Below are positions 1-8,558 of a DNA stretch of 32,000 nt, piece by piece. The notes under the pieces are model-generated. The model did not search any database. It was not told the DNA's origin and saw only the letters and a program-made list of their open reading frames with translations. Source of the DNA: Okeania sp. (lineage in GTDB: Bacteria; Cyanobacteriota; Cyanobacteriia; Cyanobacteriales; Microcoleaceae); the NCBI RefSeq assembly GCF_035285525.1, contig NZ_JAYKGW010000135.1, forward strand, positions 11,714 through 43,713. Direction: 5' to 3'. The first letter of the stretch is position 1; each line of letters begins with the position of its first letter. The position numbers and the translations under genes were made by a program.

Positions 1-1093
1 CCAAAATAATTACTTCTTCAGTATCTGTTAACCGATAATTACTATCTGGTTTGATAACTACATCCCCATTTCTAGTGCGCACACCCAAAGGAATACTTTG
101 ATTAAAACGAAATGGTAATTTACCAAAAGTTAGATTTTGCCAACCACCTTCAGGACGGTAAAAATAAACTTCATTTCCAGCAAAACCAACTAAATTTAAG
201 TATACTTTTGCTAACCCTATAGAACGTGAAGTTTGAACTAAAATTCTGGCTAAAATATCAGCTTCATTTAGAGTTGTTACAGCTTCAGGAGCAATACTTT
301 TCGCTAAAGTTCGATATTTGTTTGAGTGAATTTCAGCGATTATTGGTGGTAAATCTTTCTTCTTTTCATTAGCTGCTACCGTAGCTAAAATTGCTTTCAC
401 AACTCTAGCATCCGATAACTTTCTCACATCTTCTTCATCTATTCCTTTGGCATCATTTAAAATAACTACCGACTTAGCAACTTTAACTCCAACTTTATTC
501 AGGTTATTAATATTTGTTACTACTCCATTACGAGTAACTATCCTAGTAGTTTTTAAATCTCCTAATTTCTCCCGGAGGAAATCATCCATATCTTCTTTAT
601 CTCGTTCTGATAAAATGACAATTGCCGCATCAGATTCTGATTCATTTCCTATTACTAACTCAGTAATAAGATCGACAATTCTATCACTAAAACCTAAGAT
701 TAAAGTATGGTTTTTTTCCACTACTAAACTTTTACCTTTCTTCAACAAAGTTAGTTGTGCTTCAAATTCTTGGGTAATAAAAGCCACTAAACTAGAGAAA
801 AGTACTAAACCCAGAAAAATCGTTAATATCCCTACAGCTTTAGTAGCAAAATTTGCGTCGTCTCCCGTCTCTCCCAGACCAATGAGTTGTATAAATACAT
901 CCCAAAGCACATCCGTTTTTTCTTCATTTGGAAAAATCAACTCAGAGAGGAAGCGTATAATTGTCATTACGACAAATGCCCCAAAAAAAGCTGATACTAA
1001 TCCCAAAAATACAGATAAACCGCCCTTTGACATAAAGTTGTCAAATCTATACTTAAACTTTTCTTGCCAAGAAAATTTACTTTGAGCAGACAT
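1..1093 (-). CDS. CASTOR/POLLUX-like ion channel with RCK/TrkA-type cytoplasmic domain (C-terminus runs off the window)
   Basis: ATG at complement 1093-1091. The frame stays open to position 1 (364 codons). Translation starts MSAQSKFSWQEKFKYRFDNFMSKGGLSVFLGLVSAFFGAFVVMTIIRFLSELIFPNEEKTDVLWDVFIQLIGLGETGDD..., then a second hydrophobic helix and ...KNHTLILGFSDRIVDLITELV... (Rossmann/RCK-like). It is missing from the ORF track because it is edge-truncated. The + strand ORF 447..1085 is its antisense shadow. Confidence 0.7.
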   Translation of the reverse strand, partial: MSAQSKFSWQEKFKYRFDNFMSKGGLSVFLGLVSAFFGAFVVMTIIRFLSELIFPNEEKTDVLWDVFIQLIGLGETGDDANFATKAVGILTIFLGLVLFSSLVAFITQEFEAQLTLLKKGKSLVVEKNHTLILGFSDRIVDLITELVIGNESESDAAIVILSERDKEDMDDFLREKLGDLKTTRIVTRNGVVTNINNLNKVGVKVAKSVVILNDAKGIDEEDVRKLSDARVVKAILATVAANEKKKDLPPIIAEIHSNKYRTLAKSIAPEAVTTLNEADILARILVQTSRSIGLAKVYLNLVGFAGNEVYFYRPEGGWQNLTFGKLPFRFNQSIPLGVRTRNGDVVIKPDSNYRLTDTEEVIIL

Positions 1094-1268
1094 AGATTTT
1101 TTCTTCAAACTAATATTAAGTTTATGCTAAACTATTAATTTACATTCAGAGTCACTTATAAGATTATAATCTTATACGTCAAGGGTTTTCTAACTATTTG
1201 ACTTCCTCTTAACACACCTTTAATTTTTCTTTTTCTTAATGGTGAGTGTTTCAAAGCGATCGCTCTAT

Positions 1269-1725
1269 TTAGGGTTTGCAGAAAAAGCCTTTTTAAGGAG
1301 ATGGGGTCATTTCAGTTATTAAGTTATCAGTTATCAGTAGAGAGTGAACCTCCGAATTTAGTCGGAGGCTTGAAATAAGTTAAAATTCTTTCATCCCCTT
1401 AAAAGGGGTGATGGGGCAATTAAGAAGTACAGATATTAATAATTAAATATTTGGTTTCACGAGCATCTTGTTCCCTTGGATGTACCTCAAACCTAGTGGA
1501 ATCTTCTTTAAATCTAAAAAGAATGAAAAATAAAGATGTTAGAGTTTTTAGGTAGAGAAAAAGTACCAACTTTTCGGTGAAAAAAAATCCTCAAGTGAGT
1601 ATTTTAGGGTAACGTAAGGAAGAAAAATTAAGGGGCTATTAATAAACAACTATCTCTTCTACAATTTCCTCTTAATCTTGATTCTTAACTGCTCCCTACT
1701 TGCTAATCCCTACCTCAACAAAAAG
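1269..1725. repeat. Composite, degenerate MITE-like repeat region (family A relative with nested heptamer repeats and small palindromes)
   Basis: It starts with TTTAGGGTTTGCAG, which resembles the family A terminal repeat. The stretch 1560-1720 aligns by eye with the reverse complement of 3380-3530 (aagtacc..cttttcgg..cctcaagtg.gtatttta..aaaattaagggg...gattcttaac..ctcccta). It also contains (CAGTTAT)n and the palindrome CCCCTTAAAAGGGG. Confidence 0.4.
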
Positions 1726-1836
1726 AAAAATAACTATACTTAATAATTTTAATAATTGCTATATTTAAAGTAAAATTATTGTTCTATATCACTAAATTTT
1801 GTAATTGTCAATAAAAAGTATTTATAATTTTAAATT

Positions 1837-2619
1837 ATGGAATGGCAAGAAAATTCTGGTAATTGGGTATTAATACCTCCCCGCCCCCAAGCAATCATAC
1901 ATTTTTTAGGTGGAGCATTTGTGGCGACTGCACCCCATGTTACTTATCGGTCCTTATTGGAAGTTCTGGCAAATCAAGGCTATGCAGTCATAACTACTCC
2001 TTTTATCAATACCTTAGATCACTTAGAAATAGCTCAAAATATTCTTAGGGATTTTGATAGTTGTCTCGATCGACTATATATAAGTGGAATACTCAAAAAA
2101 AAATCTTTACCCATATATGGAATTGGCCATAGTATGGGATGTAAATTACATCTTCTTATAGGTAGTTCATTTTCCATAGAAAGAGCAGGCAATATTCTCA
2201 TATCTTTCAATAATTCTACAGTTCGTGATGCCATACCCTTGGCCGAACAAATATCTTCTGTCGTGAATGTAGAGTTTACTCCGTCTCCAAAAGAAACAAA
2301 TAGCCTAATTCAAAAATACTATAAAATTCGGCGCAACTTATTGATTAAATTTAATAATGATGATCAAGATCAAACTCTTCGTTTGAACGATCTATTACGA
2401 CTACGTTTTCCCAATATGGTTACAGTTAAGAAATTAAAAGGAAACCATTTAACACCTTTAGGTCAAGACTTAAGTTGGTCTGTAGGAAAAGTATATACTC
2501 CCATAGACGCGATTGGTCAATGGTTCAAACAAGAGATTTATCGGGACTTAAATCAACTGAAACGTGAAATTTTACTTTGGCTAAATCCATTTAAGAATGG
2601 AGTAGGGAGTAGGGATTAA
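1837..2619 (+). CDS. DUF1350-family alpha/beta-hydrolase-fold protein
   Basis: 260-aa ORF with N-terminus WVLIPPRPQAIIHFLGGAFVATAPHVTYRSLLE and nucleophile elbow GIGHSMGCKLHLL. This is typical of the cyanobacterial/plastid DUF1350 family, recalled from memory. The last 7 codons (NGVGSRD) are encoded by a GGGAGTA heptamer repeat. Confidence 0.65.
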   Translation: MEWQENSGNWVLIPPRPQAIIHFLGGAFVATAPHVTYRSLLEVLANQGYAVITTPFINTLDHLEIAQNILRDFDSCLDRLYISGILKKKSLPIYGIGHSMGCKLHLLIGSSFSIERAGNILISFNNSTVRDAIPLAEQISSVVNVEFTPSPKETNSLIQKYYKIRRNLLIKFNNDDQDQTLRLNDLLRLRFPNMVTVKKLKGNHLTPLGQDLSWSVGKVYTPIDAIGQWFKQEIYRDLNQLKREILLWLNPFKNGVGSRD

Positions 2620-2690
2620 TAAGAAAAAGTTGATAATTTCTGGATAAGATTGGAGATATATAATAGTAGCATGCAATTAATTTTACTGGT
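2599..2690. repeat. Dispersed repeat family D, copy 1: (GGGAGTA)n followed by GATAATTTCTGGATAAGATTGGAGAT..TATAATAGTA..TAATTAATTT
   Basis: Aligns by eye with 18361-18450 (gatgatttctggataagataggagatttataatagtaatgtgtaattaattt). Confidence 0.5.
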
Positions 2691-2766
2691 ATTTATACAA
2701 TTAATTTTGTATAAGCACTTAAGAAATAAAATCAATTATTTCCCACCCAAATCCTATTATCAAAAC

Positions 2767-3258
2767 TCAAACTTTATCAAAATCAGAATTTTCATTTTTA
2801 ACTTGGGGATATAACCAATAATTTTTAACAATTAACAAACAGTTACGACGATCGGAGGTACGAGTATAACTAACATGGTCTGCTATTGCATACATAAGTT
2901 TTATACCTCGTCCACCAGGAGAAAAGATATCTGGTTCTGGTTGTCCTTTGAACCATTCTGTCATGTCAAAAGGCGGACCATAATCCCAAATTCTAATTTC
3001 TAAATGGTTAGAATACATTCTAACTTCAATATCTATAGGTGTATCTCTGGGCAAATATTTATGAGCATGGCGAATTGCATTAGTAAAACCTTCTGCTAAA
3101 GCTAGTTCACACTGCAACCAAACTGTCTTAGGAATTGGTGCTTGATGCAATTCCTCAAACCATGACAAAACTCTGTCATTTTCTCCCAAGTCTGAATGAA
3201 CTCGCAAATCAGATTCGTGATACTTTGGTAATTTATCAGGGCTTTTCACGTTAGTCAC
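2767..3258 (-). CDS. Anti-sigma-factor-type serine kinase (RsbW/SpoIIAB-like, HATPase_c family)
   Basis: 163-aa ORF with N-box EGFTNAIRHAH and G-box GGRGIKLM, a size typical of RsbW-like kinases. The track start is GTG (3258-3256). Confidence 0.8.
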   Translation of the reverse strand: MTNVKSPDKLPKYHESDLRVHSDLGENDRVLSWFEELHQAPIPKTVWLQCELALAEGFTNAIRHAHKYLPRDTPIDIEVRMYSNHLEIRIWDYGPPFDMTEWFKGQPEPDIFSPGGRGIKLMYAIADHVSYTRTSDRRNCLLIVKNYWLYPQVKNENSDFDKV

Positions 3259-3342
3259 ACTTCACTTCTTAAATTATTTTAGATAATATTTCAGGTATAT
3301 TCTAGGTTATATTATGGAGTATATGTATAAAGTTTATGTAAA

Positions 3343-3585
3343 TAGGGTTTGCTGAATAAATCTTTTGGTTGAGACAGGGAGTAGGAAGTAGTTAAGAATC
3401 AAAAAGAATGGGAAATTTTATAGGAGGTTGATCCTTGATTATATCCCCTTAATTTTTCTCCTATAATTACTCTAAAATACCCACTTGAGGAGCTTTTCGG
3501 TTGAAAAGCTAGGACTTTTTCCTAGTCTAGAAAGGTTAAAACCTTTATCTGTCAATTTTTTTAAGTGTAATCAGCAAACCCTAAA
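3343..3585. mobile_element. MITE family A, copy A1 (inverted relative to A2-A4)
   Basis: Terminal inverted repeats TAGGGTTTGCTGAAT (3343-3357) and AATCAGCAAACCCTAAA (3569-3585). The interior aligns with the other copies. It sits in the divergent promoter region between the kinase and phosphatase genes. Confidence 0.65.
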
Positions 3586-3666
3586 TAATAAAAATTATAA
3601 ACTCCTAATAGTCTACTCACTATTATGTGGGCTTGAGCTGAAATACTGAATCGTTTAACTAAGTCC

Positions 3667-4803
3667 ATGATATATAAAGTTTTAGTAATTGATGATGATA
3701 CTGCCATTCAAGAATTGCTGAGAAGAGTTCTGCAAAAACAGGGTTATGAAGTGACAGTAGCAAGTGATGGTGAAGAAGGTTTGGAAAAAGCAAAACTCCT
3801 ACAACCTGCTTTGATTATTTGTGACTGGGTAATGCCACGACTTACGGGAATCGAAGTATGCCGTAAAGTTAAAGCTAATCCTACTTTGTCCACTACTTTC
3901 TTTATTTTGTTAACTTCTTTAGGAACGGTTCAGAATAGAGTCAAAGGTCTGGATGCTGGTGCGGATGACTTTATTTCTAAACCTATAGAAATGAATGAAC
4001 TGAAGGCTAGAGTCAGAGCTGGACTAAGACTACATCAGCTTTCTCAAGACTTACAGACTCAAAAGCAACTACTAGAAAAAGAATTAGCTGAAGCTGCTGA
4101 CTATGTACGTTCTCTCCTACCAGAGTCTATAACAGAACCAGTAAAAATTGAATCCCTGTTTATTCCTTCTCGGCAGTTAGGAGGAGACTGTTTTGATTAT
4201 TATTGGTTAGATGAAAATTACTTAGCTATATATTTATTAGATGTTGCAGGTCATGGTTTACGAGCTGCACTTCCTTCGGTTTCGGTCTTGAATTTGTTGA
4301 GGTCAAAGGCCATACCTCATATCAATTATCATCAACCTAGTGATGTACTTAGAGCTTTAAATAATACTTATCAGATAACTAATGAAAATGATAAATATTT
4401 TACTATTTGGTATGGTGTGTATAATCGTTCTCAAGGTCAATTAATTTATTCTAGTGCGGGTCATCCACCAGCTATTTTAGTTTCGGGTAATGGTGAGCTT
4501 ACTCAAGCTAATAAATTGAAAACTCTGGGAATGCCTATTGGTATGTTTCCAGATGCTACTTATATGGATGATTTTTGTATTGTGGAAAAGTTCAGCTCTC
4601 TATATATATTTAGTGATGGTGTCTATGAAATACCTCAACCTGGAGGTGATATTTGGGGTATAGATAATTACATTAATCTAATTTTAGAATGTAGTAGAAA
4701 TGGTTTTTGTAACCTGGATAAGATATTAGATTATGTAAGAGAGTTAAATGGTAGTAAGGTTTTTAGTGATGATTTTTCTTTACTCAAAGTTGTGTTTGGT
4801 TAA
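3667..4803 (+). CDS. Response-regulator receiver domain fused to a PP2C/SpoIIE serine phosphatase (RsbU-like)
   Basis: 378 aa. The REC domain (VLVIDDD...LIICDWVMPRLTG...SKP) is followed by a coiled linker and a PP2C domain (GGDCFDYYW...LLDVAGHGLRAAL...SAGHPP...FSDGVYE). Confidence 0.9.
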   Translation: MIYKVLVIDDDTAIQELLRRVLQKQGYEVTVASDGEEGLEKAKLLQPALIICDWVMPRLTGIEVCRKVKANPTLSTTFFILLTSLGTVQNRVKGLDAGADDFISKPIEMNELKARVRAGLRLHQLSQDLQTQKQLLEKELAEAADYVRSLLPESITEPVKIESLFIPSRQLGGDCFDYYWLDENYLAIYLLDVAGHGLRAALPSVSVLNLLRSKAIPHINYHQPSDVLRALNNTYQITNENDKYFTIWYGVYNRSQGQLIYSSAGHPPAILVSGNGELTQANKLKTLGMPIGMFPDATYMDDFCIVEKFSSLYIFSDGVYEIPQPGGDIWGIDNYINLILECSRNGFCNLDKILDYVRELNGSKVFSDDFSLLKVVFG

Positions 4804-5155
4804 CCTATCTCTCTCTCATCAAGCTATGCAAAAGTTAAGTTCAATTTAGGATATTAAAAACTGCAAATTTTTAGGTTTCTTAGATTAAAAAATTTAGCAT
4901 TGAAAGACTCATTATTTACAGATATATTAGCTTTTCTTCTGGCGTATGAGAGATTTATAGAGGAATATCTAATCTACTTCAGATATCTCCAAATAATCCA
5001 AAATAAAATGAATTATTCTAGAGAAATTATCAATTATTTTCCTCTAATTATTATTTCCTATTTACCGAAAAATCAAGGTATAAAGGCTCTCCATTCATGG
5101 ATAAAAAAGCAAAAATTCTTTTTAGCAAATCCTCTTTTTTTATAAGAAGAGGTAA

Positions 5156-5336
5156 TTAGGGCTGGCTGATTAATTATGAAACCTTTTACAGGTAAAAAAT
5201 TTAGCCTTTTCAGATACTAATAAAGTACCACCTTTTAGGTAGCTCAGGTTCAAAGTAGAAGATACTCTAAACTGTTCTCTCTTCCCTTTCTTAACTAAAA
5301 GACTTTTACGGTTCCCGATCAATCAGCAAACCCTGA
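5156..5336. mobile_element. MITE family A, copy A2
   Basis: Terminal repeats TTAGGGCTGGCTGATT (5156-5171) and AATCAGCAAACCCTGA (5321-5336). The subterminal motif GACTTTTACGGTTCCCGATC is shared with A3 and A4. Confidence 0.7.
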
Positions 5337-5526
5337 TTAGGGCTGGCTGATTAAATTTCAAAGTCTTTACAGATAAAGGTTTGAGTCTTTTTAGACATTA
5401 AAAAAGTACAAGGTTTTGGCTCCTTAAAGTATGTCCTCTAGAACTCCTGATTCTTCTTGACTCTTCCCTACTCCCTACCAAGGGCAAAAAGACTTTTACG
5501 GTTCCCGATCAATCAGCAAACCCTAA
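5337..5526. mobile_element. MITE family A, copy A3 (directly abuts A2, head to tail)
   Basis: Terminal repeats TTAGGGCTGGCTGATT (5337-5352) and AATCAGCAAACCCTAA (5511-5526). Confidence 0.7.
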
Positions 5527-5591
5527 TTATTAATTATTGAATGGAGATATATAACTATTCTAAAATCTAAGATACCTATTTTTTATAAATT

Positions 5592-5948
5592 TTAGGATTT
5601 GCTTTGATGTTGAAGATTTGTATTAGTTTCAATAGTTGCTTTTTCAAATTCTTCTCGGTTAGGAAATATTTCAAAAACTCTGTCCATACTGGTTAGTTCA
5701 AACAAAATTCTAATCTGTTCATTAATAGAACATACAACTAACTGACATCCAGCAGCACGAACAGTTTTAAGAGCTAAAACTAAAGCGCCTAAACCGGAGC
5801 TGTCCATAAAAGTTACTTCTTTAAAATCTATCACAATAACATCAGCCCCGGCATCAACTTGTTCGCTAATCTCTTGGCGAAATGAAGTAGCTTTAGTACC
5901 GTCTAAAATACCAGAGGGGTCAATATATTTAACAACACGATTGCTCAT
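5592..5948 (-). CDS. STAS-domain anti-sigma-factor antagonist (SpoIIAA/RsbV-like)
   Basis: 118 aa with the motif VTFMDSSGLGALV, which includes the conserved phosphorylatable Ser. Size and architecture are typical of the family. Confidence 0.85.
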   Translation of the reverse strand: MSNRVVKYIDPSGILDGTKATSFRQEISEQVDAGADVIVIDFKEVTFMDSSGLGALVLALKTVRAAGCQLVVCSINEQIRILFELTSMDRVFEIFPNREEFEKATIETNTNLQHQSKS

Positions 5949-6097
5949 TTTTTTAGAATAATTCTTAGCATTAAGACACTTAGCCCAGTATAGCTCATTA
6001 CTTAGGTTGAGTCCAAATATATCTCAACTAATTCCTAATTTCTTGGCCAGAAATATATATGATTATTTGTCAATCCCACCACCTGAATAGTTGCTTC

Positions 6098-6132
6098 AAT
6101 TCTAAATTCTAAATTCTAAATTCTAAATTCTT
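6098..6132. repeat. Heptamer tandem repeat (AATTCTA)x5, STRR-like
   Basis: Read directly: aattctaaattctaaattctaaattctaaattct. It overlaps the stop codon of the next CDS. Confidence 0.85.
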
Positions 6133-6757
6133 ACCTTATAGGACTTACTTTCGCGCGAAATAGCAGTTTATCCCCTTGTTTATAGCCAGTGTAACGAATT
6201 TTTACCATTTCTCCTTTCTGTACAGACCCGTCCATCAGTTCATGTAACTGGGGGTCAAAAGGAACTTCTGCTCCAACAGTAGCAATAGATTCTACATTCC
6301 ATTCTGCCATTAGTTTTTCTACTGGACGTAACAAAGGTAATATTTTGACTGCTGCTAAACTGGGGTTTTGTTTTGCTTTCTCAACAACAGTGGGCCATTG
6401 TTGTAGCCAAGATTCTAATATTCCTAAACTAGACTGCTGAAACTCTTGCATTAAAAATTTTTTTTGTTGCTCTAATTCTTTCTGGATATTATTATATTTT
6501 TGTTCTAATGCTGAGGTGGAAGTTTCTGGTAATCTTTGAGTAAGTTCAGGTGCAAAATTAGTCAATAGTTCTGTTAAAGTTATTCCTAATGCCTGACTAA
6601 TTTTGAGTAAAATATCTACTGGCATTCGTGATGCTAACCCACGTTGTAAACGAATAATTTGTAGTTCAGAAACTCCAGCTTTTTGACTTAATTCTTTTAA
6701 GTTGGAAATACTTCGTTTATCCATGAAACTTTTTAACACAGAAGCATAATTTTTCAT
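6131..6757 (-). CDS. XRE-family helix-turn-helix domain fused to a coiled-coil and a GrpE-like C-terminal domain
   Basis: 208 aa. The N-terminus SISNLKELSQKAGVSELQIIRLQRGLASRMPVDILLKISQALGITLTELL is an XRE-type HTH. The middle is coiled-coil-like (QKYNNIQKELEQQKKFLMQEFQQ). The C-terminus VGAEVPFDPQLHELMDGSVQKGEMVKIRYTGYKQGDKLLFRAKVSP resembles the GrpE beta-domain pattern (FDPxxHE...GY...R.A.V). Confidence 0.6.
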   Translation of the reverse strand: MKNYASVLKSFMDKRSISNLKELSQKAGVSELQIIRLQRGLASRMPVDILLKISQALGITLTELLTNFAPELTQRLPETSTSALEQKYNNIQKELEQQKKFLMQEFQQSSLGILESWLQQWPTVVEKAKQNPSLAAVKILPLLRPVEKLMAEWNVESIATVGAEVPFDPQLHELMDGSVQKGEMVKIRYTGYKQGDKLLFRAKVSPIR

Positions 6758-7169
6758 ACTAAATTTATTTATTAAACCAGATGATAGAACTTACTAATAC
6801 CATACCTATGAACGGTTTTTTTCTAATGTCTATTATTAAAATATATTATATATAAAATTTATTTTACAAAGCGAGTTTCTTTGGGTAAATCATACAGATA
6901 TATTTTAATAAGGTTCAGATCAAACCAAAACTCATAAGGTAGAATAGCTCTTGAGATAACATAACTATAAAAAAGCTCCTTTACTGAACTGTATTTATAT
7001 ATAAATTAATCTATATTTCTTCCTTTTCTCTCCCCCTTTTCCTTGTAAATCTTTAGCTAATAGCTGACAACTAAACTAAAAGTATACTTATTCAGCCGTT
7101 TATTAATGGATAATGAATCATAATAGATTAATTATTAATTATCCATTATTAATTATCCATTATTAATTA

Positions 7170-7673
7170 TTAATTAGCTAAGTGTGCTTCTAAAAACCAC
7201 AAATATTTGTCAATAGTACGAGAAACTTCTGTATATAAATCTGCTGTATCTGCATCTTTTAATTCATCTGTTTTATCAATTCCTTCTCGGACTAATTTTG
7301 CATATATAGAAAAACGATCTGCCAGTGCTAAAAGATGCTCTTTTCCATCAGTAATTTCATAAGGATATTCTGGCAAATATGAGTCAGAAGCAGCTATTCT
7401 TGCTGTTCCTATTGCTATACCTCCTAAAGCAACAATCCGTTCAGCAAACATATCAATATATTCTTCTAACTCACTAGCCATTTCATCAAATAATTGATGT
7501 AATTGATAAAAATTCATTCCTTTGACATTCCAGTGAGCTTGTTTAACTTGAGTTTTTAAATCAATAGTATTGGCTAATGTATTATTAATAATTTCGGCTA
7601 TTTTCGAGCGGTTTTCTTCTGGTAAATCTATTCGAGATTTGTAAGTATGTTTCTTTAAATCTTCCAGCTTCAT
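7170..7673 (-). CDS. dps: Dps (DNA starvation/stationary-phase protection protein, ferritin-like)
   Basis: 167 aa with Dps hallmarks: LANTIDLKTQVKQAHWNVKG.NFYQLHQLFDE.....YIDMFAERI..LGG. Confidence 0.9.
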   Translation of the reverse strand: MKLEDLKKHTYKSRIDLPEENRSKIAEIINNTLANTIDLKTQVKQAHWNVKGMNFYQLHQLFDEMASELEEYIDMFAERIVALGGIAIGTARIAASDSYLPEYPYEITDGKEHLLALADRFSIYAKLVREGIDKTDELKDADTADLYTEVSRTIDKYLWFLEAHLAN

Positions 7674-7855
7674 TTTTTTACTCCTAGATAAATTTTACTA
7701 CAGGATAATCATCGAAAAACTAACTAGCTATTAGCTTTGAGTATTCAGCTATCAGCTTTTAGCAACTCTGGGTTTAAATCTAGAGCTGCCAAAAGTTTAC
7801 CACTTTGCAAAAAGAATATTACAAAAAAAGTATACAGCAATTCTATTTTATTAAG

Positions 7856-7953
7856 GTATAGTAATCCTAAATAGGTTGTCAGATTTATAAATGCGGGGTT
7901 TGGTCTCCAAACCCCTACAGTTTTTTTTCTCACAAATCATTCTATATTGCTAT
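7856..7953. mobile_element. MITE family C, copy C1 (central GGGGTTTGGTCTCCAAACCCC hairpin)
   Basis: Terminal repeats TATAGTAATCCTAAATAGGTTGT (7856-7878) and ACAAATCATTCTATATTGCTATA (7931-7953). The track ORF 7745..7933 lies inside or over it. Confidence 0.6.
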
Positions 7954-8273
7954 ATATAGTAATCCTATTTTATTTGTCTATAAAAATCCTACTGCTTTTA
8001 GGGAATAGGGAACAGGTAATAGTTTCAGTTTTTTTATCTATTTAATTTTTCGCAACATAAGCACGGATTGCTATATCCTGCATCGTAGATTCTGAAAAAT
8101 AGTTGCTCCAGTTTATGAGACTTGTTTCCAAAGTCAAGAAATAGGGAATAGAGCTATAAAGTTGTTTTTTTTCAGAACTTCGATTGATTTAATTTAAACT
8201 TTGATAAAGTAATTAATAATTAAATAATTTAGCTAGTCTCTTAGTCAATTCTCTCCCTAAAAAGAAAAAGTAA

Positions 8274-8467
8274 TTAGTGCTTGCTTATAGAAATATAAAA
8301 GTTTTGATAGGTAAATATTTGAGCATTTTTAGGTTCGGTAAAAGTTCAACTTTTTGTGCATTTCTTCTTCAAAAAGGAGCGTATTTTGGGGAATATTTGG
8401 GTAACAAAATTACTCTCCATCTCCTTAAAAATACTTTTACGGTTCCCGATCAATCAGCAAACCCTAA
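8274..8467. mobile_element. MITE family A, copy A4 (left end degenerate)
   Basis: The right end ACTTTTACGGTTCCCGATCAATCAGCAAACCCTAA (8434-8467) is identical to A3. The left end is TTAGTGCTTGCTTAT. The track ORF 8277..8474 is this element. Confidence 0.6.
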
Positions 8468-8558
8468 TTATTAATTATTAATTATTAATTATTCATTATT
8501 TATCACACTTGATATAATAATTAAGTAAAATGTAAACTTCAGAGATAAAGAAAGAAAA

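Noticed and set aside
447-1085. 212-aa + strand ORF in the track
   Set aside because: The product is low-complexity (S/T/K/I/F-rich) with no recognisable motifs. The opposite strand encodes a clean ion-channel protein across the same span, so this is an antisense shadow ORF.
4900-5145. 81-aa + strand ORF
   Set aside because: It is AT-rich and low-complexity. Its 3' end (aaaaattctttttagcaaatcctc....ataagaagaggtaatta) is a dispersed repeat that also occurs in reverse at 16590-16660, and it runs into MITE A2. It is not a gene.
7745-7933. 62-aa - strand ORF
   Set aside because: It is composed of MITE family C and AGCTATCAGC-type repeat sequence.
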